The translations under genes were made by a program, and so were the position numbers. A model generated the notes under the pieces. The model was not told where the DNA came from. It made no database searches and was given only the letters and a program-made list of their open reading frames with translations. Of a DNA stretch of 64,000 nt, positions 47,848 through 56,584 are shown piece by piece (the stretch's first letter is position 1; every line of letters starts with the position of its first letter). Source of the DNA: Steroidobacteraceae bacterium (GTDB lineage: Bacteria > Pseudomonadota > Gammaproteobacteria > Steroidobacterales > Steroidobacteraceae); assembly GCA_036267195.1 (NCBI GenBank), contig DATAWM010000018.1, positions 2,477 through 66,476 on the forward strand, written 5' to 3'.

Positions 47848-50444
47848 ACGATCTCCTCGAGCTGCGCGCGCTCGGCGCGCGAGGCCGGGCGGCGCTGCCC
47901 GCGCTCCTGCACCGACAGCAGATCCTCATCGCCGAGATCGCTGTTGATAAAGTGGCGGAAGCGGCGCAGCGTCTGCGGATCCTCGATCGCACGACGCCAC
48001 TCGCACTCGTAGCTGCCGTGGATGCGCTGCAGGTCGGCCTCGAGCTCGGCGGCGATGCCCAGACTGTCCTCGCAGACCACGGCCTTCAGGTAATCGAGGC
48101 CTCCCTCCAGATGATCGCGCCACACCGAAGTGCGCTGCAGCCGGTCGGCGGTGCGGATGTAGAACATCAGGAAGCGGTCGATGTAGCGGATCAGTGTGGT
48201 CTTGTCCAGGTCGGCCGCGAGCAGCTCGGCGTGCCGTGGCCGCATGCCGCCGTTGCCGCAGACGTACAGGTTCCAGCCCTTCTCGGTGGCGATCACGCCG
48301 ACGTCCTTGCCCTGCGCCTCGGCGCACTCGCGGGTGCAGCCGGAGACCGCGAACTTGAGCTTGTGCGGCGAGCGCAGTCCCTTGTAGCGATGCTCCAGCT
48401 CGATCGCGAGGCTCACGCTGTCCTGCACGCCGTAGCGGCACCAGCTCGATCCCACGCAGCTCTTGACGGTGCGCACGGCCTTGCCATACGCATGGCCGGA
48501 CTCGAAGCCGGCGTCCACCAGCTCGCGCCAGATCAGGGGCAGCTGCTGCACCTGCGCGCCGAACAGGTCGATGCGCTGAGCGCCGGTGATCTTGGTGTAG
48601 AGCTGGAACTTCTGCGCGATCTGGCCGATCGTGATCAGCTGCTGCGGGGTGATTTCCCCGCCCGGCACCCGCGGCACGATCGAATAGGTGCCGTCCTTCT
48701 GGATGTTGGCCAGGAAGTAGTCGTTCGAGTCCTGCAGCGAGGCCTTGTCGGGCGCAAGCACGAAGTCGTTCCAGCACGAGGCGAGGATCGAGGCGGCCGC
48801 GGGCTTGCAGATGTCGCAGCCCAGGCCGCGCCCGTGCCGCGCGAGCAGATCATCGAAGGTGCGCAGCGCGCCGGCGCGCACCAGGTGGAACAGTTGCTGG
48901 CGCGAGTAGGGAAAGTGCTCGCAAACGTAGTTGTCGACCGAGGCGCCGCGGCGCGCGAGCTCGGCCTTGAGGACCTGGGTCACCAGCGGCGCGCAGCCGC
49001 CGCAGGAGGTGGACGCGCCGGTGGATTTCTTGAGCGCCGCGAGCGTGGTGGCGCCGGCACCGATGGCCGTGCACAACGCGCCCTTGCTGACGCCGTTGCA
49101 GGAGCAGATCGGGGTCGCATCCGCCAGCGCGGCCGCGGCCGGCAGCGCCGCGCGGCCGTCACTCGCCGCCGGTGGCAGGATCAGCTGCTCGACCCGCGCG
49201 GGCAGCGGTAGGGCGCCCTGAGCCAGCTGCATCAGCGTTCCATACTCGTCGGCCTCACCGACCAGGATGGCGCCGAGCAGTCGCGCGCCGTCCTCGCTGA
49301 GCACCAGCTTCTTGTAGACCTGGCGGCGCTCGTCGATGAACGAGCAGGTGCGGGCACCGGCGTGCTCGGCGTGCGCATCGCCGATCGAGGCGACGTCGAC
49401 GCCGAGCAGCTTGAGCTTGGTGCTCAGATCCGCGCCGGTGAAGCGATGGGCCGCCTCGGGCGGGGCGGGGCCGGCCAGGGCCGCCGCCGGCGCGGCCGCC
49501 TCCAGCTCCGTGGCCTCGGCGCGCACGACATCGGCCTGTAGCTGCGCGGCCGCAACGGCCGCCATCTGGTAGCCGGGCGCGACCAGGCCGAAGACGCGGC
49601 CGTTCCACGAGGCGCACTCGCCGATCGCGTAGATATCCGGATCGCAAGTGCGGCAGTGATCATCGATCACGATGCCGCCGCGCTCGGCGACCGCGAGCCC
49701 TGCAGCGCGCGCCAGCTCGTCGCGTGCGCGGACGCCGGCCGAGAACACCACGATATCGGTCTCGATCGCATCGCCGCCGGCGAACTGCAGCCGGTGCCGG
49801 CGCTCGGCGCCATCGGTGATCGCAAGCGTGCGCTTGCCGGTATGCACGGTGACGCCCAGCGCCGCAATGCGCGCGCCCAGCACGCGGCCGCCGAGCTCAT
49901 CGAGCTGCACCGCCATCAGCCGCGGCGCGAATTCGACCACGCTGGTCTGAAGGCCCAGGTCGCTGAGTGCCTTGGCGGCCTCCAGGCCCAGCAGTCCGCC
50001 GCCGATCACGGTACCGCTGCCGCCAGCGCGGCTGGCCTCGCGGATCGCTTCCAGATCCTCGATGGTGCGGTAGACGAAGCAGCCGGGCCGATCGTGGCCG
50101 GCCATGGGCGGCACGAACGCGGAGGATCCGGTTGCCAGCACCAGCCGGTCGTAGCCGAATACCGCGCCGCTCGCGCTGTGCACCTCGCGCTGCTCGCGGT
50201 CGATCTGTACCGCGCGCTCGGAGAGCTGCAGCGTGATGCGGTGGCGCTCGAAGAAGCCGGGCTGCACCAGCGAGAGATCCTCGGCGCTTTTGTCGGAGAG
50301 AAAGGAGGTGAGATGTACCCGGTCGTAGGCTGCGCGCGGCTCCTCGGCCAGTACCGTGATGTCGATGCGCGGCTGCGCCGATGCGGTGAGCCGCTCGAGC
50401 AACCGCTGGCCCACCATGCCGTTGCCGATGACCACCAGCCTCAT
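47844..50444 (-). CDS. nirB: NAD(P)H-dependent nitrite reductase large subunit
   Basis: MRLVVIGNGMVGQRLLERL, BFD-like CSCNGVSKG, and the sirohaem/4Fe-4S cluster CVGSSWCRYG ... SGCTRECAEA. Start at ATG 50444 with a GAGGTGG RBS. The track ORF start at 50720 lies in the leader. Confidence 0.95.
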   Translation of the reverse strand: MRLVVIGNGMVGQRLLERLTASAQPRIDITVLAEEPRAAYDRVHLTSFLSDKSAEDLSLVQPGFFERHRITLQLSERAVQIDREQREVHSASGAVFGYDRLVLATGSSAFVPPMAGHDRPGCFVYRTIEDLEAIREASRAGGSGTVIGGGLLGLEAAKALSDLGLQTSVVEFAPRLMAVQLDELGGRVLGARIAALGVTVHTGKRTLAITDGAERRHRLQFAGGDAIETDIVVFSAGVRARDELARAAGLAVAERGGIVIDDHCRTCDPDIYAIGECASWNGRVFGLVAPGYQMAAVAAAQLQADVVRAEATELEAAAPAAALAGPAPPEAAHRFTGADLSTKLKLLGVDVASIGDAHAEHAGARTCSFIDERRQVYKKLVLSEDGARLLGAILVGEADEYGTLMQLAQGALPLPARVEQLILPPAASDGRAALPAAAALADATPICSCNGVSKGALCTAIGAGATTLAALKKSTGASTSCGGCAPLVTQVLKAELARRGASVDNYVCEHFPYSRQQLFHLVRAGALRTFDDLLARHGRGLGCDICKPAAASILASCWNDFVLAPDKASLQDSNDYFLANIQKDGTYSIVPRVPGGEITPQQLITIGQIAQKFQLYTKITGAQRIDLFGAQVQQLPLIWRELVDAGFESGHAYGKAVRTVKSCVGSSWCRYGVQDSVSLAIELEHRYKGLRSPHKLKFAVSGCTRECAEAQGKDVGVIATEKGWNLYVCGNGGMRPRHAELLAADLDKTTLIRYIDRFLMFYIRTADRLQRTSVWRDHLEGGLDYLKAVVCEDSLGIAAELEADLQRIHGSYECEWRRAIEDPQTLRRFRHFINSDLGDEDLLSVQERGQRRPASRAERAQLEEIV

Positions 50445-50469
50445 TCCCACCTCGCTTGAATCCGCGATC

Positions 50470-50531
50470 AAAAAAATAGCTGCCGTGCACGCACGCAGCC
50501 CGACAGATCGGAGCGCACGCGCGCGCGGCAG
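50470..50531 (-). terminator. Leader terminator/attenuator between the promoter and nirB
   Basis: On the minus strand, CTGCCG...(imperfect long stem with G-U pairs)...CGGCAG is followed by CTATTTTTTT. It lies inside the 5' leader, about 25 nt before the RBS. Confidence 0.6.
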
Positions 50532-50572
50532 TCTTGCCTGTCGTGCCCGGACCGGGCGTTCGAGTCGGAGAG

Positions 50573-50588
50573 AGCAACCGGCATGCCA
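50573..50588 (-). promoter_or_regulatory. Sigma-54 (-24/-12) promoter of the nirB-nasA operon
   Basis: The minus strand reads TGGCAT-GCCGG-TTGCT, a close match to TGGCAC-N5-TTGCW. It lies about 130 nt upstream of the nirB ATG. Confidence 0.7.
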
Positions 50589-50749
50589 AACTTGCGTCTG
50601 AGGCAGGTGATTGATTGCAAAGCGCATTGAGTGGCGCGGGAAGATGCCGGCGCCCCTGGGCGGCGGCTGGCGTGACCCGTTTCGGCGCAGTGGGGGCGCC
50701 CTTGCACTGCGCCCGGGCATCGACTTCCTACGTTGGACGATAGAGCTCG

Positions 50750-52024
50750 TCAGTCGCTGACGGACGCATTCGCGCGAACACTCGGGCTCTGATCGTACGT
50801 CTGTCTGGACATAGCGCGACCGCGCACCAGTCCCTGCGCCGGCGCCAGCGCGCCGCTATCGGGAAACACCCGGGTTGCCAGTACGCCTTCGTCGAGCCCG
50901 AGGTGCGCCGCGAGCGCGCCCTTGAACACTGCGCGGATGTCGGTGGTGGCGTGGATGTCGCGCTGCTGATAGAGCTCGCCGGTCGCCATGCCGGGCCACT
51001 GGCCGCCCACGCGGCCGCCGCGCACCGCGCCGCCGGCCAGGAACATGGCCGCACCGGTGCCGTGATCGGTGCCGCGGGTGCCGTTGATCGCCGCGGTACG
51101 GCCGAACTCGGTGACCACGATCAGCACGGTGCGCGGCCATACCGTTGCGGCGGCCGCGTGGAAGGCGGCGAAGCCCTCGTCGAGCTCCTGGAGCTTGCGC
51201 GAGAGGATCGCCGCCTCGTTGGCATGGGTGTCCCAGCCATAGTCCTCGACGAAGCCGATGCGCGGGCCGTCGTTTCGCGCCATGAAGGTACCGGCGGCCT
51301 GCATCAGTGCGGGCAGCCGTCCCGCGCCCGCTCCGGCTCCTGATCCCGATGACATCGCAGTGGGCATCGCTGCATTCTGGCTCTGACTGGTGATCGCCTG
51401 CGCGAACGCGCCGGCCAGGCGCGGATCATCGCCGTACAGCGGCTCGAGCCGTTGCAGCAGGATTGGATCGATCTGCGTCGGCAGTGGCGGTGACCAGCTG
51501 GCCACCGTGGCCGGCCCGCGCATCATCAGCGGCATCACGGTCGCGATGGCAACGCCGTCCATCCCGGGCAGCGCTGCCACCGCGCGATTGAGCCAGCCGG
51601 TGCGGGCGCCGTGCGGCACGGCGGTGCCGTTCTCGACGCAGTCCTGTGCGTCGAAGTGCGAGCGTCCCCAGTACGGGGGCGCCGTGGCCACCAGCGGCAG
51701 GAACTCTCCGGCGGTGTAGAGCTGCTCTGCAAAGGCCAGGGACGGATGCAGTGCGAACGTCCCATCCAGCTTCAGCGCCGGCGAGCCACCCTCGGTGGCC
51801 GGTGTGCCGGGTGTCAGTGCCATCGGGCCGCGCAGGCGTACATAGGCGGGATCGCCCCACGGCGGCACGGCGTGCAGCCCGTCGAGGCCGCCGCGCAGCA
51901 TCAGAACCACCAGGCGTGTGTCGGCACCGGTCGTAGCGGACGAGGTGCCCGGCCACAGCGTCAGTGTCGCGGCGCTGGCCGCGCTGGCGCCGACCCCGCG
52001 CAGAAAATCGCGGCGGCTGCTCAT
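50750..52024 (-). CDS. DUF1501 domain protein (sulfatase/phosphatase-like fold) with a twin-arginine signal
   Basis: MSSRRDFLRGVGASAASA TAT signal. Core motifs LRGGLDGLH...FDAQD...TEFGRT...GTDHG are typical of DUF1501. Confidence 0.8.
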   Translation of the reverse strand: MSSRRDFLRGVGASAASAATLTLWPGTSSATTGADTRLVVLMLRGGLDGLHAVPPWGDPAYVRLRGPMALTPGTPATEGGSPALKLDGTFALHPSLAFAEQLYTAGEFLPLVATAPPYWGRSHFDAQDCVENGTAVPHGARTGWLNRAVAALPGMDGVAIATVMPLMMRGPATVASWSPPLPTQIDPILLQRLEPLYGDDPRLAGAFAQAITSQSQNAAMPTAMSSGSGAGAGAGRLPALMQAAGTFMARNDGPRIGFVEDYGWDTHANEAAILSRKLQELDEGFAAFHAAAATVWPRTVLIVVTEFGRTAAINGTRGTDHGTGAAMFLAGGAVRGGRVGGQWPGMATGELYQQRDIHATTDIRAVFKGALAAHLGLDEGVLATRVFPDSGALAPAQGLVRGRAMSRQTYDQSPSVRANASVSD

Positions 52025-52025
52025 C

Positions 52026-53561
52026 TCACACTCTCCATTGGAAATCCGGGCTGGCGAACAGGATCGTCACCGCCTGCTGCGGCGCCTCGGCGTGCGCCAT
52101 CGCGGCGAGGGTGTCGGGGTGCAGAGCAGGACCGAGTACCGCGCGCGCCAGCGCCGGCGGATCGAGGTCCTCACGCGATACGCGCTCGGCCATGGCCTGG
52201 GCGATCTGCACCCGCTTCCACAGCGCATCCGGCGCGATCCAGTCGCCCGCCACGTCCGTGTATCCCGACGGCGAGCGCGGCATGAACGTCGGCTGGCCCA
52301 GCCGCTGCAACAGCCCCTCCCAGGGCTGCGGCCCGGCGCCGATCGCGATCACTCCGGCGCGCAGACCGGCAACCACGAAGTCCTGCGGCGTACGGAACTT
52401 GCGTGCGTCGGCGGCCCACGCCTGCGGTGAGTGGATCAGCGCGGAGTACAGCGCCGTCAATTCCCCGCCGCTGTCCCGGTAGGCGCGCGCCATGCGCTCG
52501 ATCAGCGCCGGCGGCGGGTTATCGGCGACGAAATGCCGGGCCAGCTGAGTGGCCAGATGCTTGGCCGTCGCCGGATGCAGCGCCAGATCGGCGAGGATGG
52601 CGCGCGCCTGCTGCATGCCGTCGTCCGAATAGCGGCGTCCCAGCACCGTGCGCGTGCCGGGCTCATGCGCGCCGGGGCGAAACACGAACGCGCTGCCGAC
52701 GTCGATGCCACGCTCGAGCTGTATCGGCGCCGGCAGGCTCCAGCCGGTGAGCGCGCGCGAGAACTCGGTGACGTCGGCCTGCGTATAGCCGCCGTCCACG
52801 CCCAGCGTGTGCAGCTCCATGATCTCGCGCCCGAGGTTCTCGTTGAGGCCGAGCTTGCGCGCTGGCCTGCCGCCGGCACCGGCTGCTGCGCGATCATCGG
52901 TGCGCGCATCAACACGCCGGGCCAGCCTCGAGTCCGGTCCCACCGATTGCGCCTGATCCAGGTAACGCAGCATCGCCGGATGCGTCTCCACCGCCAGCAG
53001 CAGGTCGACGAAGCGGCCGTTGACGTGCGGACGGATCGCCTCGCGTTCCATCGGTGCGGCGTACAGTCGCGTCGGTCCCTTGTCCACCGACACCGCGAAG
53101 TGGTTGGACCAGAATCGCACCAGCCGCTCGCTGAAGGGGGTCTCGGTGCTCACCGCCACCTGCCAGCGGGCGACAGCTTCGCGGCGCAGATCGTCGCCGA
53201 AGGTCATGACATATAGGCGCGCCAGCGGGTTGTCCGGTTTGCCCTCGGCAGTGGCCGCGTTGCCGCCCGTACCGGCCGTCGTGGGAGCGTCAACTGCGTC
53301 GCGCCGCAATGTCCGGCGCCGACGCGTCAGCTCGGCCTCGCGCTGCAGGTAGTCGAGGCTGCCCGGCAGGCCGTCAAAGGCGTCGCTACCCGCAGGCGCT
53401 CGCTGCGTCTGCGCCCAAAGCCACGCAACCGCGTCGTGGATCTGCGACAAATCGCCCGGGCGTGCGCCCAGGCCGAATCGATTGGCGGCGCTCGCCGCGG
53501 CTGCATGCTCGGAAGACACGAGTGAGTCCGTGGTCGCGCCGGCACATGCCGACATTCCCAA
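52026..53561 (-). CDS. DUF1800 family protein
   Basis: RFGLGARPGD...FWSNHFAVS...NENLGREIMELHTLG are typical DUF1800 motifs. It sits immediately upstream of DUF1501, the usual pairing. Confidence 0.8.
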   Translation of the reverse strand: MGMSACAGATTDSLVSSEHAAAASAANRFGLGARPGDLSQIHDAVAWLWAQTQRAPAGSDAFDGLPGSLDYLQREAELTRRRRTLRRDAVDAPTTAGTGGNAATAEGKPDNPLARLYVMTFGDDLRREAVARWQVAVSTETPFSERLVRFWSNHFAVSVDKGPTRLYAAPMEREAIRPHVNGRFVDLLLAVETHPAMLRYLDQAQSVGPDSRLARRVDARTDDRAAAGAGGRPARKLGLNENLGREIMELHTLGVDGGYTQADVTEFSRALTGWSLPAPIQLERGIDVGSAFVFRPGAHEPGTRTVLGRRYSDDGMQQARAILADLALHPATAKHLATQLARHFVADNPPPALIERMARAYRDSGGELTALYSALIHSPQAWAADARKFRTPQDFVVAGLRAGVIAIGAGPQPWEGLLQRLGQPTFMPRSPSGYTDVAGDWIAPDALWKRVQIAQAMAERVSREDLDPPALARAVLGPALHPDTLAAMAHAEAPQQAVTILFASPDFQWRV

Positions 53562-53974
53562 TCAACGCCTCGGAGCGGCAGGCGTTGACCGATGCCCATC
53601 GCGGTCAGCCCTTTTGGTTCAGCACCGCGGCTTGATAACACCATGGTTGCTGGCTACAGTGCGAGCAACTGCCAGCTGCACGCGTGGGCAATGCGCAGCT
53701 GGGTCCATGAAGGCCGCATCATCCCCTATGTTCTCCTTACTGCGCGCGGACCGGCGCCCGGCCCGCGAGTCACCACACGTGAGCGCTGCGCCAACCCCGG
53801 CGGCGATGCCGGGGCAGGATCGGCGCGATCGGCTGGCTCGAAAGATCCATTTCACAACTCATCGTTGCGCGTAACAGCCCCGCAGCAGGCACAGCCTCGA
53901 TCAGCTATCGGCTGGGGCGTCTCGCCATCCGACACTACCGCGTCTGCGTCGCACTGGTTCTGGCGCTGGCGCTG

Positions 53975-55438
53975 ATGAACTGCTTCTGGCGGCTGTCTTC
54001 CACCGCCATCTCGGATGCGGACGAGGGGCGTTACGGGGTCGCGGCCAGCGAGATGCTGCGCAGCCACTCGTTGCTGGTCGCCACCTATGCGGGTCGGCCG
54101 GAATACTGGAACCTCAAGCCCCCGCTCGGCTACTGGATGCAGGAGCTGGCCTATGTGGGCTTTGGGCCGACGGTGTTCGCGCTGCGGCTGCCGTCGGCAC
54201 TGTGTGCCATGGCCCTGATCGCGCTCACTCTGTGGGTATGCCAGCGCTGGTATGGTCGCCGGCACGCGCTGCTCGCCGGCCTGATACTGACCTGCTGCTT
54301 CGGATTCATCGCCCATCACGGCGCCCGCAACGGTGATCTGGATTCGGCGCTGAGCCTGATCGTGCTGGGAACGGTGATCCAGATTCCGCGGCTGGCTCAG
54401 TCCGCGCGCTCCCGGCTGCTGTGGGCAGGCCTGCTCGCGCTCGGCTTTCTGCTCAAGAGCTTTGCCGTTCTGCCGGTCGTGTTGTTCACCGCCCTGTACC
54501 TGGCGTGGTCGGGAGACTGGCGCCGAAGTCGCTGGCGTGACTGGCTGCCCGCCCTGGCGCTGCTGGCGGGCATCATCGGCGCCTGGGTGCTGGCGCGCTA
54601 CCGGGTCGATGGCTCGATGTACTTCGTCGACCGCATGATGCGCGAGGATCTGCTGCAGCGTAGTACCCAGGTCATCGATCCCGGGACCAGCAAGCCCTGG
54701 GGCTATCTCGAGGTACTGCTGGATCGCTTCGCGCCGTGGCCGCTGTTCATCCTGGCCGCGGCGCTGCTGCGCAAACGCTGGCATGCGCCGCAACGCTGCG
54801 CCTCGCGCCTGGTGCTGCTGTGGGCGCTGGTGCCGCTGGTGACCTTCTCCCTCGCGCGCACTCATCACCACTGGTACCTCGATCCCAGCTACCCTGCCTG
54901 GTCGATCCTGGCGGCCGGCGCGCTGCTGGAACTGCTGGCCCTCAGCGCCGGAGGCCGGCGGGTCGCTCTTTCCAGCCTGCTGGTGCTGGCCGTGCTGTTC
55001 TGTGAGGGCCGGATCCTGATCCGTATCGGGCTGAAGGATCGCCGTCCCCCCAACCAGGTATTTCTCATGTCATTGCAGGATCACGCGCTGATTCCCGCCA
55101 GCCAGACCATTGAAGTCGCGTTTCCGCTGTCCTATTCCGAGCGCTTCATCCTGGAGGTGGTTGACGGCTATCACCTCGTGGCAGGCGATCAGCGACGAAC
55201 CGTGCCCACCGCATCGATACCGCCCGCGGTAGCGATGCCGCCCGCAGTGACGGCGCCCCCAGCGGTATCGGCGCCGCATGGATCAAGCGTATTGCTGCTG
55301 CGCCGGCGCCAGCTCGAGGGTGTGCCCGCCGATCGCTTTGGTTCCGCGGTGCTCGTCGCGAACGGGAGCTACTTCGTGTTGAAAGGCATCGACCTGAACA
55401 GCCTCGGTGCTGCACAGCGGCTCGCCCCGGTACCCTGA
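53975..55438 (+). CDS. Glycosyltransferase family 39 (ArnT/PMT-like) membrane protein
   Basis: DEGRYGVAASEML...KPPLGYW loop-1 motif and many TM helices. The first canonical start is ATG 53975, but the frame is open from 53783 and encodes what looks like the first TM helix. Confidence 0.8.
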   Translation: MNCFWRLSSTAISDADEGRYGVAASEMLRSHSLLVATYAGRPEYWNLKPPLGYWMQELAYVGFGPTVFALRLPSALCAMALIALTLWVCQRWYGRRHALLAGLILTCCFGFIAHHGARNGDLDSALSLIVLGTVIQIPRLAQSARSRLLWAGLLALGFLLKSFAVLPVVLFTALYLAWSGDWRRSRWRDWLPALALLAGIIGAWVLARYRVDGSMYFVDRMMREDLLQRSTQVIDPGTSKPWGYLEVLLDRFAPWPLFILAAALLRKRWHAPQRCASRLVLLWALVPLVTFSLARTHHHWYLDPSYPAWSILAAGALLELLALSAGGRRVALSSLLVLAVLFCEGRILIRIGLKDRRPPNQVFLMSLQDHALIPASQTIEVAFPLSYSERFILEVVDGYHLVAGDQRRTVPTASIPPAVAMPPAVTAPPAVSAPHGSSVLLLRRRQLEGVPADRFGSAVLVANGSYFVLKGIDLNSLGAAQRLAPVP

Positions 55439-55447
55439 CCGTGCGCT

Positions 55448-56416
55448 TCAGCGGACGCGGACGGTATACGTGAGCATCACGCCGCGGTAGATGGGCGACA
55501 GCGAGACCTCGGCGCGCTGCTGCTGGTCGCGCCGGCGATCCATGGCAAAGCGGGCGCTGGCCGCGCCGAGCGCGGCGCCGGCCACGGTGTCGGAAAGCCA
55601 GTGCGCGTTGTGGTCCAGCCGCTCGTAGGCGGTGAAGCCGGCGACGCCGTAGCCCAGGACGCGGCGTACCCAGCGGTAGTGCCCGTTGCCGGATTCCGCC
55701 AGCACGGTGCCGATGGCGAAGGCCGCGGTCGTGTGCTCGGACGGAAAGGACGTGCCGCCGGCGCCGAAGCGGCCCGGGCTGGTGCTCTGATCCGGCCCTT
55801 GGCGGCGGACGATGTAGCTCAGAGCGTAGGCCGTCCCGAGGCTCAGCGCAGTGGCCTCGAGCATCGAGTGCGCCTCATGCCTGCCGTCGTCGTCATCGAT
55901 GAGGTTGGCATAGCCCCAGGTGCCGACGAACAGCGCCGCCGCCGGCAATGCGTCCTGCAGCGTATCGGGGCTGCCGGCACCCGCCGCCGACTGCGCGCCG
56001 CCGGCGAAGTGCGTGCGCACCGTGCCGTCGAAGTGATAGGCCACACCGATGGCGGCCAGTGTGCCGCCGAAGTACATCCAGTCCGTACGGTCCCACCGCG
56101 TTGGCGCGGTGATATAGGCTTCGATCGCCCGCAGCGAGCGGCTGAGCGCAGTGGGGCAACCGGGCAGGGCGGACGGCTGTTGGCAGTCATCGCTCGGCAT
56201 GCTGCCCTGTGTGCCGATTTGCGTGCCGCTGCGCGTGTCGTCGGGCGCGTCGCCTTGCGCGACGCTCTGTGCGAGCGCGGTCGCCGGAGACAGGGCGACT
56301 GCCCCGCACAGGCCGATCAGCAGCATGCCCGTCCAGCGCGGCGTGCGGTGCGCGGATGCGCGGCGATTGTCCGAGCGAGCGGTTTCTCTTGGCAGCAAGC
56401 GATACGGACTTTGCAT
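55448..56416 (-). CDS. PAP2 family phosphatase
   Basis: PAP2 motifs ...SFPSEHT... and ...HWLSDTVAG. The start is ATG 56416 or 56326; the track ORF start at 56758 is implausible. Confidence 0.75.
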   Translation of the reverse strand: MQSPYRLLPRETARSDNRRASAHRTPRWTGMLLIGLCGAVALSPATALAQSVAQGDAPDDTRSGTQIGTQGSMPSDDCQQPSALPGCPTALSRSLRAIEAYITAPTRWDRTDWMYFGGTLAAIGVAYHFDGTVRTHFAGGAQSAAGAGSPDTLQDALPAAALFVGTWGYANLIDDDDGRHEAHSMLEATALSLGTAYALSYIVRRQGPDQSTSPGRFGAGGTSFPSEHTTAAFAIGTVLAESGNGHYRWVRRVLGYGVAGFTAYERLDHNAHWLSDTVAGAALGAASARFAMDRRRDQQQRAEVSLSPIYRGVMLTYTVRVR

Positions 56417-56584
56417 GGCAAAGTATGCGCAAATGGCTTTGCGCGCGCAAGCCGTTGGGCGATCCGATGCAGGCGTGCCGTAGCTTCCAATTCGGTCGCA
56501 CGCACGCTTATAGTGCCGCTGACGCTTCGCGCGCGCCGCGCGCCGCGCGCCGCGCGCCGCCGACACCGCTGCACCGGGATTCAT

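Noticed and set aside
50685-50712. GCGCAGTG-N12-CACTGCGC considered as a definite NtrC enhancer site.
   Set aside because: It does not match the TGCACC-N5-GGTGCA type consensus well. It could equally be the 3' hairpin of the DUF1501 transcript. It is kept only as a note inside the nas-leader finding.
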